The notes beneath the pieces are model-generated. The model ran no database searches. It was not told where the DNA came from and saw nothing but the letters and a program-made list of their open reading frames with translations. Positions 1 through 8,333 of a stretch of DNA of 64,000 nt are shown piece after piece. The number at the start of each line of letters is the position of its first letter. Within the stretch, counting starts at the first letter, position 1. The position numbers were made by a program, and so were the translations under genes. Source of the DNA: a virus (Duplodnaviria; Heunggongvirae; Uroviricota; Caudoviricetes); IMG/VR virus record IMGVR_UViG_3300026549_001031. One strand, written 5' to 3'.

Positions 1-188
1 CATCAGCTTCAGATGGTGGAACTGCAAAGGTTAATATGATGCAGGCTATTGCAGATAGCAAAGGTTTAGCAAATGAACAGATCTTAATCATTGATGATTG
101 GTGGGTTGTCCTGGAGGCAGCAGCTAACAGAGGATTCCAGGCAGCTAGTCCAATGGAGTGCATTGCATATATTGAGGAACATGAATAA
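1..188 (+). CDS. 3' end of a gene begun before the window; possible HAD-like hydrolase C-terminus
   Basis: Frame 3 is open from the window start to TAA at 186-188: ...KVNMMQAIADSKGLANEQILIIDDWWVVLEAAANRGFQAASP...; LIIDD resembles HAD motif IV. Confidence 0.55.
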   Translation, partial: SASDGGTAKVNMMQAIADSKGLANEQILIIDDWWVVLEAAANRGFQAASPMECIAYIEEHE

Positions 189-563
189 AAGAGAGGGCAT
201 AAAAATGAGAAAGGATACACTTGTAAGAAATTCATATTGGCATGGTTATTACTGGTATAACAATACTGGTTATTTGTCGTGCAATTAAATATGAAAGTTT
301 AGCAAGTGAATTATCTTTGTGTACATATAATAAAGCACCTAAGGCATGGAATAATTGACTTAGGTGCTTTTAGTATGTATAAAAACATAGAATGGAAGTG
401 ATGCATATGGATAGTGACTATGACTATTGGTGGCAAAAGAGAGACATGAATAATAAAGAGTTTAGCAAGTACTTTGAGAAGTAACTGTAAAGTCCTTGGA
501 GATACTTTACTTAAAAATAGGGTATGCATTGTAAAATTTTTCAATAAAAATTATAAAAAGGTG

Positions 564-592
564 TTGACAAATTGGTTTAGATGGTGTAATAT
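564..592 (+). promoter_or_regulatory. sigma-A type promoter for tRNA cluster 1a
   Basis: TTGACA-17bp-TAATAT, 30 nt before tRNA-Tyr. Confidence 0.7.
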
Positions 593-621
593 GTATTTAG
601 AGTTAAGGGAAAGAAAATATT

Positions 622-703
622 GGTAGGTATGCAAATGGCTGAAGCAAGCGGTCTGTAAAACCGTGACGTAAGATACAGTGTGGGTTCAAATCCCACCCTA
701 CCA
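622..703 (+). tRNA. tRNA-Tyr(GTA)
   Basis: Anticodon arm GCGGT-CTGTAAA-ACCGT, long variable arm, T loop TTCAAAT, acceptor GGTAGG/CCTACC; no encoded CCA. Confidence 0.9.
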
Positions 704-718
704 ACTTTATAAAAATTT

Positions 719-807
719 GCGTCGGTGAGCAGAATTGGCATCGCAGCGGTATGTAAAATCATGGTTGGGGAGACCTGACATTTCTGGTTCAAGTTCAGAG
801 CGGCGCA
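719..807 (+). tRNA. degenerate tRNA-Tyr(GTA)-like gene
   Basis: Acceptor GCGTCG/CGGCGC, T arm TCTGG-TTCAAGT-TCAGA, long variable arm; anticodon arm GCGGT-ATGTAAA-ATCAT poorly paired. Confidence 0.6.
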
Positions 808-815
808 CTTAATAA

Positions 816-886
816 AGGTCTTTGGTGTAGTGGTAACATGTCGTTCTCCAAAAACGAAGTCATCAGTTCAACTCTGATAGGGCCTG
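816..886 (+). tRNA. tRNA-Trp(CCA)
   Basis: TCGTT-CTCCAAA-AACGA anticodon arm; T arm ATCAG-TTCAACT-CTGAT. Confidence 0.88.
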
Positions 887-928
887 TTCTAAATATTAGA
901 TTACAAATAAATTTAAGGAGTAGGACAT

Positions 929-1198
929 ATGAAACAGAATGTAATCATAGGAAAACATGTTTGTGAACCTTGGTTAATGTTTGCAAATGATAAAAATGAC
1001 TGGAAAGACAATGAGGAAAGGAATACACTCATCACAGAAGAAAGGTTTCTACCTAGGATTTTGGTAGAGTGTGGGGTAGTTAAGAGCATTAACGAAGTAA
1101 AGCGTAACAAGCCTGACTTTGTTAAGACATTGGATGGTGTAGACTTCATTGAGGTTAAGTGGGGTAAAAAGAGGGTGTTCATTCAGGTTGGAGAATAA
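929..1198 (+). CDS. small protein resembling the S4-like C-terminal domain of tyrosyl-tRNA synthetase
   Basis: AAGGAG RBS; LPRILVECGVVKSINEVKR...IEVKWGKKRVFI resembles the TyrRS S4 pattern LxxxLVxxGLxxSxxEARR...GKK. Confidence 0.5.
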   Translation: MKQNVIIGKHVCEPWLMFANDKNDWKDNEERNTLITEERFLPRILVECGVVKSINEVKRNKPDFVKTLDGVDFIEVKWGKKRVFIQVGE

Positions 1199-1241
1199 TC
1201 ATTAAGAGAATTACTAATTACAGTAATTCTCTTTTTTATTG

Positions 1242-1270
1242 TTGACAAGGCAGGTTTAGTTTGATATAAT
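1242..1270 (+). promoter_or_regulatory. sigma-A promoter
   Basis: TTGACA-17-TATAAT, just after hairpin terminator 1205-1238. Confidence 0.8.
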
Positions 1271-1304
1271 ATGTATATAAGTAAAGAAAGAGAGGAAACA
1301 TGGC

Positions 1305-1544
1305 ATGGTAAAAGCTTCAGAGATACATACTTTTGGAAAAGAAAGCATTGGACATGTGCAAGAATATGGAGAATCATTCATTGTTGTGAGAGACAGTGAC
1401 AAAGAGGTTCTTGCAATGTCACAAGGATGGTGTAACTTTAATGGGTTACCTGTATACACTAAGCAGTTGGATAATGGACTTAAGGTGTTAGAGGTAGATA
1501 CACCTAATGGAAAGGGCGAGATCATTTATTATTTCCATGAATAG
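1305..1544 (+). CDS. hypothetical protein
   Basis: 79 aa ORF with own promoter, GAGG RBS and terminator (1559-1596). Confidence 0.7.
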   Translation: MVKASEIHTFGKESIGHVQEYGESFIVVRDSDKEVLAMSQGWCNFNGLPVYTKQLDNGLKVLEVDTPNGKGEIIYYFHE

Positions 1545-1761
1545 CATAGAGTATGTGGTAGGCACTGACTAGTTTAGGCTAGTTGGTGCCTATTTTAATG
1601 CTCATATATGCTCAACTCTAAGCATTATGTGCAATTAGAATTATAAATTTTAATTAAAATAGTTTGGAGCTACCTAACTATTCATCTAACATTAGACAAG
1701 AGTTAGTCAAGATGGCGAAAAATGATGCAGACAGTAGTATTATAAAATAAGAGCAGTGGAA

Positions 1762-1790
1762 TTGACAAATAGTATGAAATGTGTTATAAT
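1762..1790 (+). promoter_or_regulatory. sigma-A promoter
   Basis: TTGACA-17-TATAAT. Confidence 0.8.
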
Positions 1791-1827
1791 AAAAGAGAAG
1801 TAAGAAAGAAAGGAGATCTTGGATAAA

Positions 1828-1950
1828 ATGAATCAGACACTTAGATTTTTTGATGAACATGATTTTATTATTGCCGAGGCGCATGATGAGCGTGTCGACT
1901 TATTTTCATGTAATCAAATAAAGAAATCTAAGCATAGTGGTTTATTTTAG
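1828..1950 (+). CDS. small hypothetical peptide (40 aa, MNQTLRFFDEHDF...)
   Basis: Downstream of consensus promoter and AAGGAG; below the ORF track cutoff. Confidence 0.4.
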   Translation: MNQTLRFFDEHDFIIAEAHDERVDLFSCNQIKKSKHSGLF

Positions 1951-2051
1951 GACAAGTTCTTTATAATTTAATGCACGTGGTAAAGCACCAGAGGCTTAGA
2001 AATAAGTTTCTGGTGTTTTTTATTTGCATTAAAAGTCAGGAGGAAAATGGT

Positions 2052-2198
2052 ATGGAACATGAAATTAAAAGTGATGAACATGACATTGAAAGTGATGATC
2101 ATGATGCGGATGATTTTGAACATCACTTTATAAGAAAATGGCACATTGATAACGTAAAAGTACATTCAAAAGGTATGCAAGCATGTAAGTTGGTTTAG
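2052..2198 (+). CDS. His/Asp/Glu-rich small peptide
   Basis: AGGAGG RBS 8 nt before ATG; MEHEIKSDEHDIESDDHDADDFEHHF... Confidence 0.5.
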   Translation: MEHEIKSDEHDIESDDHDADDFEHHFIRKWHIDNVKVHSKGMQACKLV

Positions 2199-2279
2199 CA
2201 TATAAGGTCCCTAGGTGGACTATAACCTTTTTTAGGTTAAGCATTGAAAAATTTATTTGAACTTTTTATATAAAAAGTG

Positions 2280-2308
2280 TTGACAAAGAATAAGAGGTAT
2301 GATATAGT
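2280..2308 (+). promoter_or_regulatory. sigma-A promoter
   Basis: TTGACA-17-TATAGT. Confidence 0.7.
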
Positions 2309-2355
2309 ATAGTTGTGGTTGAGAGATATATAAAATAAATAAGGAGGTCAGTGTT

Positions 2356-2547
2356 ATGGGATATTATGACGATGATGACTTTTACAGCTACAGTGATAGG
2401 ATGGCTCGTAGGAGAGAAAGAACTGCTCAGGAATTAAGAGCATCTGGACTTCGTGATAATGGATATGGCACTTGGGAAGATCCTGATAAACCATGGAGAA
2501 CATCTTGGCATATAAACCCTGATGGGAGTAAATTTGCTGACATGTAG
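2356..2547 (+). CDS. hypothetical protein
   Basis: AAGGAGG RBS, 63 aa. Confidence 0.7.
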   Translation: MGYYDDDDFYSYSDRMARRRERTAQELRASGLRDNGYGTWEDPDKPWRTSWHINPDGSKFADM

Positions 2548-2600
2548 GAAGTTAGGAGGTAGCCTTGAAATTGTTTGGCTACCTCCTGGATAAAAATTTA

Positions 2601-2673
2601 TGGGTTTTAGCTCAGCTGGGAGAGCACCTGCCTTGCAAGCAGGAGGTCAAGGGTTCAAGCCCCTTAAGCTCCA
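2601..2673 (+). tRNA. tRNA-Ala(TGC)
   Basis: CCTGC-CTTGCAA-GCAGG; G3:U70 present; first pair U1/C72 mismatched. Confidence 0.88.
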
Positions 2674-2686
2674 CTTAAAATAATTT

Positions 2687-2758
2687 GGTCTTATAGTATA
2701 AAGGTTAGTACATCTGACCGTCTATCAGAAAATGAGGGTTCGATTCCCTCTAAGATCG
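2687..2758 (+). tRNA. tRNA-Asp(GTC), atypical anticodon loop
   Basis: TCTGA-CCGTCTA-TCAGA; T arm GAGGG-TTCGATT-CCCTC. Confidence 0.8.
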
Positions 2759-2782
2759 CTATGGAACATATAATTTAGTTAT

Positions 2783-2855
2783 GGCGCAAGTAGCTTAAAG
2801 GTAGAGCAGTGGATTGTGGATCCACCATATGTGAGTTCAAATCTCACCCTGTGCC
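2783..2855 (+). tRNA. tRNA-His(GTG)
   Basis: GTGGA-TTGTGGA-TCCAC; encoded G-1 and C73. Confidence 0.85.
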
Positions 2856-2870
2856 CTTATACAAATACAT

Positions 2871-2942
2871 CGGTGATTACTCGAGCGGATCAGAGGCAGG
2901 CCTTTCAAGCCTGTTAGATGGGGTCAGCACCCATATCATCGA
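2871..2942 (+). tRNA. tRNA-Glu(TTC), atypical T loop
   Basis: CAGGC-CTTTCAA-GCCTG; acceptor CGGTGAT/ATCATCG; T arm ATGGG-GTCAGCA-CCCAT. Confidence 0.75.
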
Positions 2943-2988
2943 CTATGATAAACACTTGGGTTTAAGGGTTTGTCATTAAATTAAATAT

Positions 2989-3060
2989 GGGGCATTAGTC
3001 TAATGGCTACGATGAGTGATTCTCAGTCACTAGATGTAGGTTCGATTCCTACATGCCCTA
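2989..3060 (+). tRNA. tRNA-Glu(CTC)
   Basis: AGTGA-TTCTCAG-TCACT; T arm GTAGG-TTCGATT-CCTAC. Confidence 0.82.
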
Positions 3061-3125
3061 CTAGAAACATATGAAAGGAGAGTGGTTGTAATGTTTAGTG
3101 AATTTGACAACAGTGGATTTACTTA

Positions 3126-3197
3126 GGGTTGCTAGCTGAGATGGATTAGCGACAGACTGAAAATCTGTAGAGAGTGGTTCAATACCACTGCAGCCCA
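3126..3197 (+). tRNA. tRNA-Phe(GAA)
   Basis: ACAGA-CTGAAAA-TCTGT; acceptor GGGTTGC/GCAGCCC. Confidence 0.88.
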
Positions 3198-3210
3198 CTA
3201 AAATGAATAT

Positions 3211-3282
3211 TGATGCTTAGCTCAGTGGTAGAGTAGTCGTCTGATACGCGATTGGTCATTGGTTCAAATCCAATAGCATCAA
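3211..3282 (+). tRNA. tRNA-Ile(GAT)
   Basis: GTCGT-CTGATAC-GCGAT; acceptor TGATGCT/AGCATCA. Confidence 0.85.
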
Positions 3283-3285
3283 CTT

Positions 3286-3326
3286 AATAAACCATAGCAT
3301 TGTTAAAAATGTTGTGGTTTATTTTA
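3286..3326 (+). terminator. intrinsic terminator ending tRNA cluster 1b
   Basis: AATAAACCATAGCATT...AATGTTGTGGTTTATT followed by T-run. Confidence 0.7.
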
Positions 3327-3355
3327 TTGATTTCTTCAATAAAATGTGATATAAT
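3327..3355 (+). promoter_or_regulatory. conserved promoter class TTGAnnnTTCAAT..TGATATAAT
   Basis: Near-identical to copies at 13018, 25066, 33514, 57644 and (weaker) 17650. Confidence 0.7.
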
Positions 3356-3376
3356 AAATTACAGGAGGTATGGGAA

Positions 3377-3742
3377 ATGGGTGCATTAAGTCAGAAAGCG
3401 AATAACATTAAATATACACTGAATCATAGAAAAGCGTTTAGAGGACTTGAAAGAAGACTGCTAGGACATAACACTTTTCGTTCTCTATTCCATGATTTAG
3501 ATAAAGTATTCTTGTATATGATATTTGATCATGACAAAGTGCATAATATGCATGTCAAACACGCTCATCACCATGAGTTAAAAGCAAAGACACATGGAGA
3601 TTATGTTCAGATGGTCATTGATTGGGAATGTGCACGTTTCACTAAACCTGATAAACCATTAAATGCAAGACAGACACTTGATAAATACTATCCTCATTTG
3701 AAAGATAAGGTATTACCTGTAATTGAGGAACTTGGATTATAA
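3377..3742 (+). CDS. HD-like domain protein (DUF5662-like)
   Basis: HRK...HDLDK...HHH...MVIDWECA motifs. Confidence 0.6.
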   Translation: MGALSQKANNIKYTLNHRKAFRGLERRLLGHNTFRSLFHDLDKVFLYMIFDHDKVHNMHVKHAHHHELKAKTHGDYVQMVIDWECARFTKPDKPLNARQTLDKYYPHLKDKVLPVIEELGL

Positions 3743-3764
3743 AGTTTATAAGGAGGACAAAGAG

Positions 3765-4013
3765 ATGAGTTTTCAAAAGAGATATTTAGTCATTGCTGAA
3801 CCTTTGGATGATCCTTTCAGTTATGCAGTGAACATCTATGATACAAAGAATAAAAATGAGAAAATGACTACTGGACAATTTGAGTTTGATTTGAACATGC
3901 AGCATGTGGATCATGGGCGTAATTTTTTGAATGGTAGTCTTACTACTTATGGGGATGCAATCAAAGCAAAGAGAGTATTCAATTTATTTACTAGGTATTC
4001 AGTAGACTTTTAA
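3765..4013 (+). CDS. hypothetical protein
   Basis: AGGAGG RBS before ATG 3765. Confidence 0.65.
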   Translation: MSFQKRYLVIAEPLDDPFSYAVNIYDTKNKNEKMTTGQFEFDLNMQHVDHGRNFLNGSLTTYGDAIKAKRVFNLFTRYSVDF

Positions 4014-4329
4014 AAGAAGGCGTTTACAGAACAGTTCAGACAATTAAGTTTTGGTATTAGATGCATAATCAGTATGACATAGGGTGAAAATTAGATATGC
4101 AGTGGGGTCAAAATTAGTATCAACAAGAATGAAATTAGATTGTGTGAAATGATAAATGAAAGGTCAATTAAAAAGATAAGAGATGCTATTGATAAAAGAG
4201 GCAATCAGCATTGAAAAATTGAATGAAAATGAGAGAAAAATCAGTGATGCAATGGGCTAAAAAGTGGTATACAGTGAGTGATGGGCATTGGTTTTTCAAA
4301 ATTAAAATTTTTATAAGGGAGCGAGAGCA

Positions 4330-4629
4330 TTGGATGAATTGAACATCTGGTTAGATGATGTAAGGGAGGCACCTGATGAAAGTTTTGTTACTTGTCATTC
4401 AGTGAATGAGGCAAAGAGAGTAATTGAACAAGCAGAGGAACTTGGGGAGCAGGTAATTGGTTTAATTGATATGGATCATGACCTTGGAGATTATGCATAT
4501 GATGGCGGAGATGGTATCTGTTTAATGGATTGGTTAGTTGAGAGAGGAACATTATATAACATAGCTTTTCATACAGCAAACCCTGTTGGAAGATCTAATA
4601 TGCAGCGAATGAAAGATAGGTTTTGGTAA
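4330..4629 (+). CDS. cyclic-phosphate processing receiver domain protein
   Basis: IWLDDVR...DMDHDLGD...HTANPVGRSNM signature. Confidence 0.8.
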   Translation: MDELNIWLDDVREAPDESFVTCHSVNEAKRVIEQAEELGEQVIGLIDMDHDLGDYAYDGGDGICLMDWLVERGTLYNIAFHTANPVGRSNMQRMKDRFW

Positions 4630-4743
4630 TGGGCATTTAGATAAAGAGATTGACATGAATATGGACAAGATTGACTAGATGTGCAACCTTATAATAATAT
4701 AATATAAATTATATTATTTTTAGTAAGGAGTTGAAAAGGAGAG

Positions 4744-5529
4744 ATGGGTACATATGTAGTTGGAGATGTACATGGATGTTTAAGCCAGTGGCTTGCATTC
4801 AAAGAGAAGATCGAAAAAACGGACAGGGATGCAAGATTTATTTTGGTAGGAGACATTGTTGATAGAGGAAAAGAAACATTTGAGATGATTGAATGGGCAA
4901 TTGAAAACATATCAGACAATGGGAAATATCAAATGGTTATTGGTAATCACGAGCATGAAAAAATTGAGTGGTGGGACATTATAGTGTCTAGGTGCATAGA
5001 GGAGCATGCATTAGATGTAAATTCAGACAACTCAGAAGATTTAGATAACATATATGAAATAAGATATGACTTCCTAAAACATTACAGAAACAGATGTTTA
5101 GGGTTAAAGACAATAAAGAGGCACATAGACTTCTTCAAAACACTTAAATACTATAAGGATTTGGAGATAGGCAGTAAGAGGTTTATTGTAGTACATGCAG
5201 GTTTAACTGATTCTGTCATTAAGGAAGATGGATCACTCAAGGATGTAGGAGAGATGAGCAAGAAAGAATTAGAGTACATACTTTGGGATAGATCCTTGGA
5301 GCCCTTTACAGGTTTAAGTGGTACTATGGTAGTGCATGGACATACACCTACAGTTAGTCATTGTGCTTTTACAGAGAGCACTAGATTTACAGATAGGAAA
5401 TTAGGTAAGATTGCATATTATGGTAATAGATGCAATGTGGATTGTGGTTTAGTATTTAAAAGTAATCATGAGTTCGCTAATTTAGGGGCTTTAAGGTTAG
5501 AAGATGGCAAAGAGTTTTATTTATTTTAG
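4744..5529 (+). CDS. calcineurin-like metallophosphoesterase
   Basis: GDVHG, GDIVDRG, GNHE, VHAG, HGHTP motifs. Confidence 0.9.
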   Translation: MGTYVVGDVHGCLSQWLAFKEKIEKTDRDARFILVGDIVDRGKETFEMIEWAIENISDNGKYQMVIGNHEHEKIEWWDIIVSRCIEEHALDVNSDNSEDLDNIYEIRYDFLKHYRNRCLGLKTIKRHIDFFKTLKYYKDLEIGSKRFIVVHAGLTDSVIKEDGSLKDVGEMSKKELEYILWDRSLEPFTGLSGTMVVHGHTPTVSHCAFTESTRFTDRKLGKIAYYGNRCNVDCGLVFKSNHEFANLGALRLEDGKEFYLF

Positions 5530-5559
5530 ACATTAAGAATGTCAGAAAGGCGTGTAATT

Positions 5560-5970
5560 ATGAGACAGGCAATCAGATCATTTTGGGGAAATTATTTTAA
5601 TTTCTCTGGTAGGGCAACAAGGGCAGAATATTGGTACTATGTTCTGTTATATGCAATCGTTGGTTTTGTGATTGGAATACCAGCAAGTTCAAGATTTTGG
5701 CTTGTGAAAATTCCATTTGGCATCATAGGATTTATCTGGGTGGTGGTAAGCTTCATTGGATTTTTAGCCTTGACAATCAGGAGATTGCATGACTCAAATA
5801 AGTCAGGTTGGTGGCTTTTGTTATGTATTGTGTTATCAGGGTTTGTAATTGGTGAGATCATCTTCATTGTGCTTATGGTACTTCCTAGTAATGATGGAGG
5901 CAACAGGTTTGGACCTGGAAACAATTATGCAAATGGATCAGGCATGAACAATAATGGGTATACTTACTAA
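5560..5970 (+). CDS. DUF805 membrane protein
   Basis: NFSGRATRAEYW...RRLHDSNKSGWW...NRFGP. Confidence 0.9.
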   Translation: MRQAIRSFWGNYFNFSGRATRAEYWYYVLLYAIVGFVIGIPASSRFWLVKIPFGIIGFIWVVVSFIGFLALTIRRLHDSNKSGWWLLLCIVLSGFVIGEIIFIVLMVLPSNDGGNRFGPGNNYANGSGMNNNGYTY

Positions 5971-6038
5971 GTAAAATAGAATAGGCACCTGTCAAGAAAA
6001 AGATTGACAGGTGTCTAAAAATTATTTTGAAAAAGTTG

Positions 6039-6067
6039 TTGACAAAATAATTTCTTGGTATTATAAT
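6039..6067 (+). promoter_or_regulatory. sigma-A promoter of the NAD salvage operon
   Basis: TTGACA-17-TATAAT after terminator 5982-6020. Confidence 0.8.
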
Positions 6068-6092
6068 AATATGTATAAGGAGAGAGGAAATC

Positions 6093-6929
6093 ATGAGTAA
6101 GAGAAACAAAGATGGTTTAACTTTAGAGCAGTTCCTTGAGAGATACAAGCCCGGAGATTATGAGAGACCTAGTGTTACAGTAGATTCTGTAATACTTGGT
6201 GTAAAAGAGGACTACAGTACATTAAAAGTTCTGCTTATTCAAAGAGGGGATCACCCTTACATAGGAGATTGGGCACTACCTGGTGGGTTTATCAACATGG
6301 ATGAATCTGCTGAGGATGCAGCCAGTAGAGAACTCAAAGAAGAGACTGGACTTGAGGCAAATTACCTTGAACAGTTGTATACAATGAGTGAGCCTGGCAG
6401 AGATCCTCGAATGAGAGTAATTAGCATTGCATATATGGCTTTGACAAAGATTACAAGTGTTAAAGCAGGGGATGATGCAAGCAGAGCAGTATGGTGTGAC
6501 ATTAAACTTAATAAGGGCACTGAAAGTAATGAACTTGTCATTGAGAATCAGGACTGTGGCATTTGCATTAAGTATAATGTCAAGGGAAGTATTGAAGAGT
6601 ACATGAGAAATAAAAAGGCAAGTGAGGAAAAATTTGCAGTAAGGGCAGCTTCAGATATGAAACTTGCATTTGATCATGTGTTCATCATACTTATGGCACT
6701 TGAGAGGCTTAAGAATAAAGCTAAGTATACAAATGTAATGTTTAGTGTGGCAGAGAAGATGTTCACACTGCCTGATATTCAGGCATTGTACAGTTTAATG
6801 ATCAATGAAAAGGTTTATGATAAGTCATTCAGAGACAAGATTAAGCCTATGTTGGAGGATACAGGGTACAAGGCTAAATCAATTGTTGGCAATAAGGTAA
6901 GTAAGCTATACAGTTATAAAGAAATTTGA
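6093..6929 (+). CDS. nrtR: NrtR-like Nudix protein (ADP-ribose-binding Nudix plus wHTH)
   Basis: PSVTVD, WALPGGF...ASRELKEETGL Nudix box, RDPR, LAFDH, FTLPDIQALY C-terminus. Confidence 0.8.
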   Translation: MSKRNKDGLTLEQFLERYKPGDYERPSVTVDSVILGVKEDYSTLKVLLIQRGDHPYIGDWALPGGFINMDESAEDAASRELKEETGLEANYLEQLYTMSEPGRDPRMRVISIAYMALTKITSVKAGDDASRAVWCDIKLNKGTESNELVIENQDCGICIKYNVKGSIEEYMRNKKASEEKFAVRAASDMKLAFDHVFIILMALERLKNKAKYTNVMFSVAEKMFTLPDIQALYSLMINEKVYDKSFRDKIKPMLEDTGYKAKSIVGNKVSKLYSYKEI

Positions 6930-6947
6930 TCATAGGAGGATAAAAAG

Positions 6948-7535
6948 ATGTTAAAGAGTAGAATTTTAGTAGTCATTGATATGCAAAATGACTTCTTAAC
7001 TGGTCCATTAGGTTGCATGGAACCTGAAAGAGTTTGTAACAAGGTATTAAAGCGGCTGAACAGTGGAAAATACGATAAGGTCTTTGCTACAAGAGATACA
7101 CATTATCAGAATACATATGCATCTACGATGGAGGGCAAAAAGCTTCCTGTTTTACATTGTGTGCAGAGTACAGATGGTTGGTGCATTGAGAAAAGAATTC
7201 AGGAGGCGCTGGATAAGCTGGCAGCATCTGATGAGTTTAAGGTGAGTATCATCAACAAGGAAACATTTGGTAGTCTTGACCTTGCATATCAGATTAAGAA
7301 TTGGACTAATAGAGAGTGCTTAGATGAAGATGACCTGATCATTGATATTTGTGGAGTGTTTACAGATATCTGCGTGATTAGCAATGCAACTTTGATTAAG
7401 GCAGCTGTGCCTAATGCAACCATTAGAATTATTTCTAATGCATGTTCATGTGGCAGTGAGGAGGATCAGGAGAGAGCACTTAAGAGTATGGAGAAAATGC
7501 ACATGGACATATTGTATCCTGTGACAATGCAGTAG
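6948..7535 (+). CDS. pncA: nicotinamidase / isochorismatase family
   Basis: VIDMQNDF, DTH, HC, KETFGS, GVFTDICV; next to pncB. Confidence 0.85.
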   Translation: MLKSRILVVIDMQNDFLTGPLGCMEPERVCNKVLKRLNSGKYDKVFATRDTHYQNTYASTMEGKKLPVLHCVQSTDGWCIEKRIQEALDKLAASDEFKVSIINKETFGSLDLAYQIKNWTNRECLDEDDLIIDICGVFTDICVISNATLIKAAVPNATIRIISNACSCGSEEDQERALKSMEKMHMDILYPVTMQ

Positions 7536-7556
7536 TTATTAAGAGAGGACATAGAA

Positions 7557-8321
7557 ATGACAAAGCCTGACATGATAAAAGAACTTAAGGTTTATGGTGC
7601 TGATGATAAAAGCATCAAGATCATTTTAAGACGTGGAGAACCTACATATAAGTTTAACGTTGGGGACATGGTTAAGCATGGTGGGTTTGCAGAGACAGTA
7701 GTGAAGGACCAGTTATGTAATGGAATGGCTTACATTGTAGAATGTAAGACAGATAAGGGAGAAAGGGTAGAGCATCTGGTTCCTTGGACAGAAGTAAGAA
7801 AATTAGAGAGAAGCAGTGAAATTATCTCAACTAACAATGATGTTGATTTACTGTTTCACCCTAAGGACTTAACAGAACTTATTGGAACTTACTACTACAG
7901 TTTTGGTATTGATACTGATCCTGAATATCAGAGAGGTTACGTGTGGAACGAGGCAGATAGAGAAGAGCTGATGGACAGTGTGTTCAAGTCAATTGACATT
8001 GGTAAAATAGTGCTGGTAGACAAGGAACACGCAGGAGATACAGATGATTGGTATGAGATCCTGGATGGTAAGCAGCGGCTTTTAACACTTGTTGCATACT
8101 TTGAAGATAGATTCCCTTATAAAGGCTTGTACTACAGTGATCTTTGTAGGGAGGACAAGAGAAAGTTCGACAATACAAGTGTTTCAGTGGCAATTGTCAG
8201 AAACGCTAGTAAAGAATTGATATACAGATTGTTTATCATGCTCAACACGGCAGGAAAGTCAATGAGCAGCGAGGACATGGATAGAGCATTGAAACTTTAC
8301 AAAGAAAGCATTGAGAAATAG
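7557..8321 (+). CDS. DUF262 (ParB-like) domain protein
   Basis: PEYQRGYVW, ILDGKQRL, FIMLNTAG. Confidence 0.85.
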   Translation: MTKPDMIKELKVYGADDKSIKIILRRGEPTYKFNVGDMVKHGGFAETVVKDQLCNGMAYIVECKTDKGERVEHLVPWTEVRKLERSSEIISTNNDVDLLFHPKDLTELIGTYYYSFGIDTDPEYQRGYVWNEADREELMDSVFKSIDIGKIVLVDKEHAGDTDDWYEILDGKQRLLTLVAYFEDRFPYKGLYYSDLCREDKRKFDNTSVSVAIVRNASKELIYRLFIMLNTAGKSMSSEDMDRALKLYKESIEK

Positions 8322-8333
8322 GAGGATACAATT

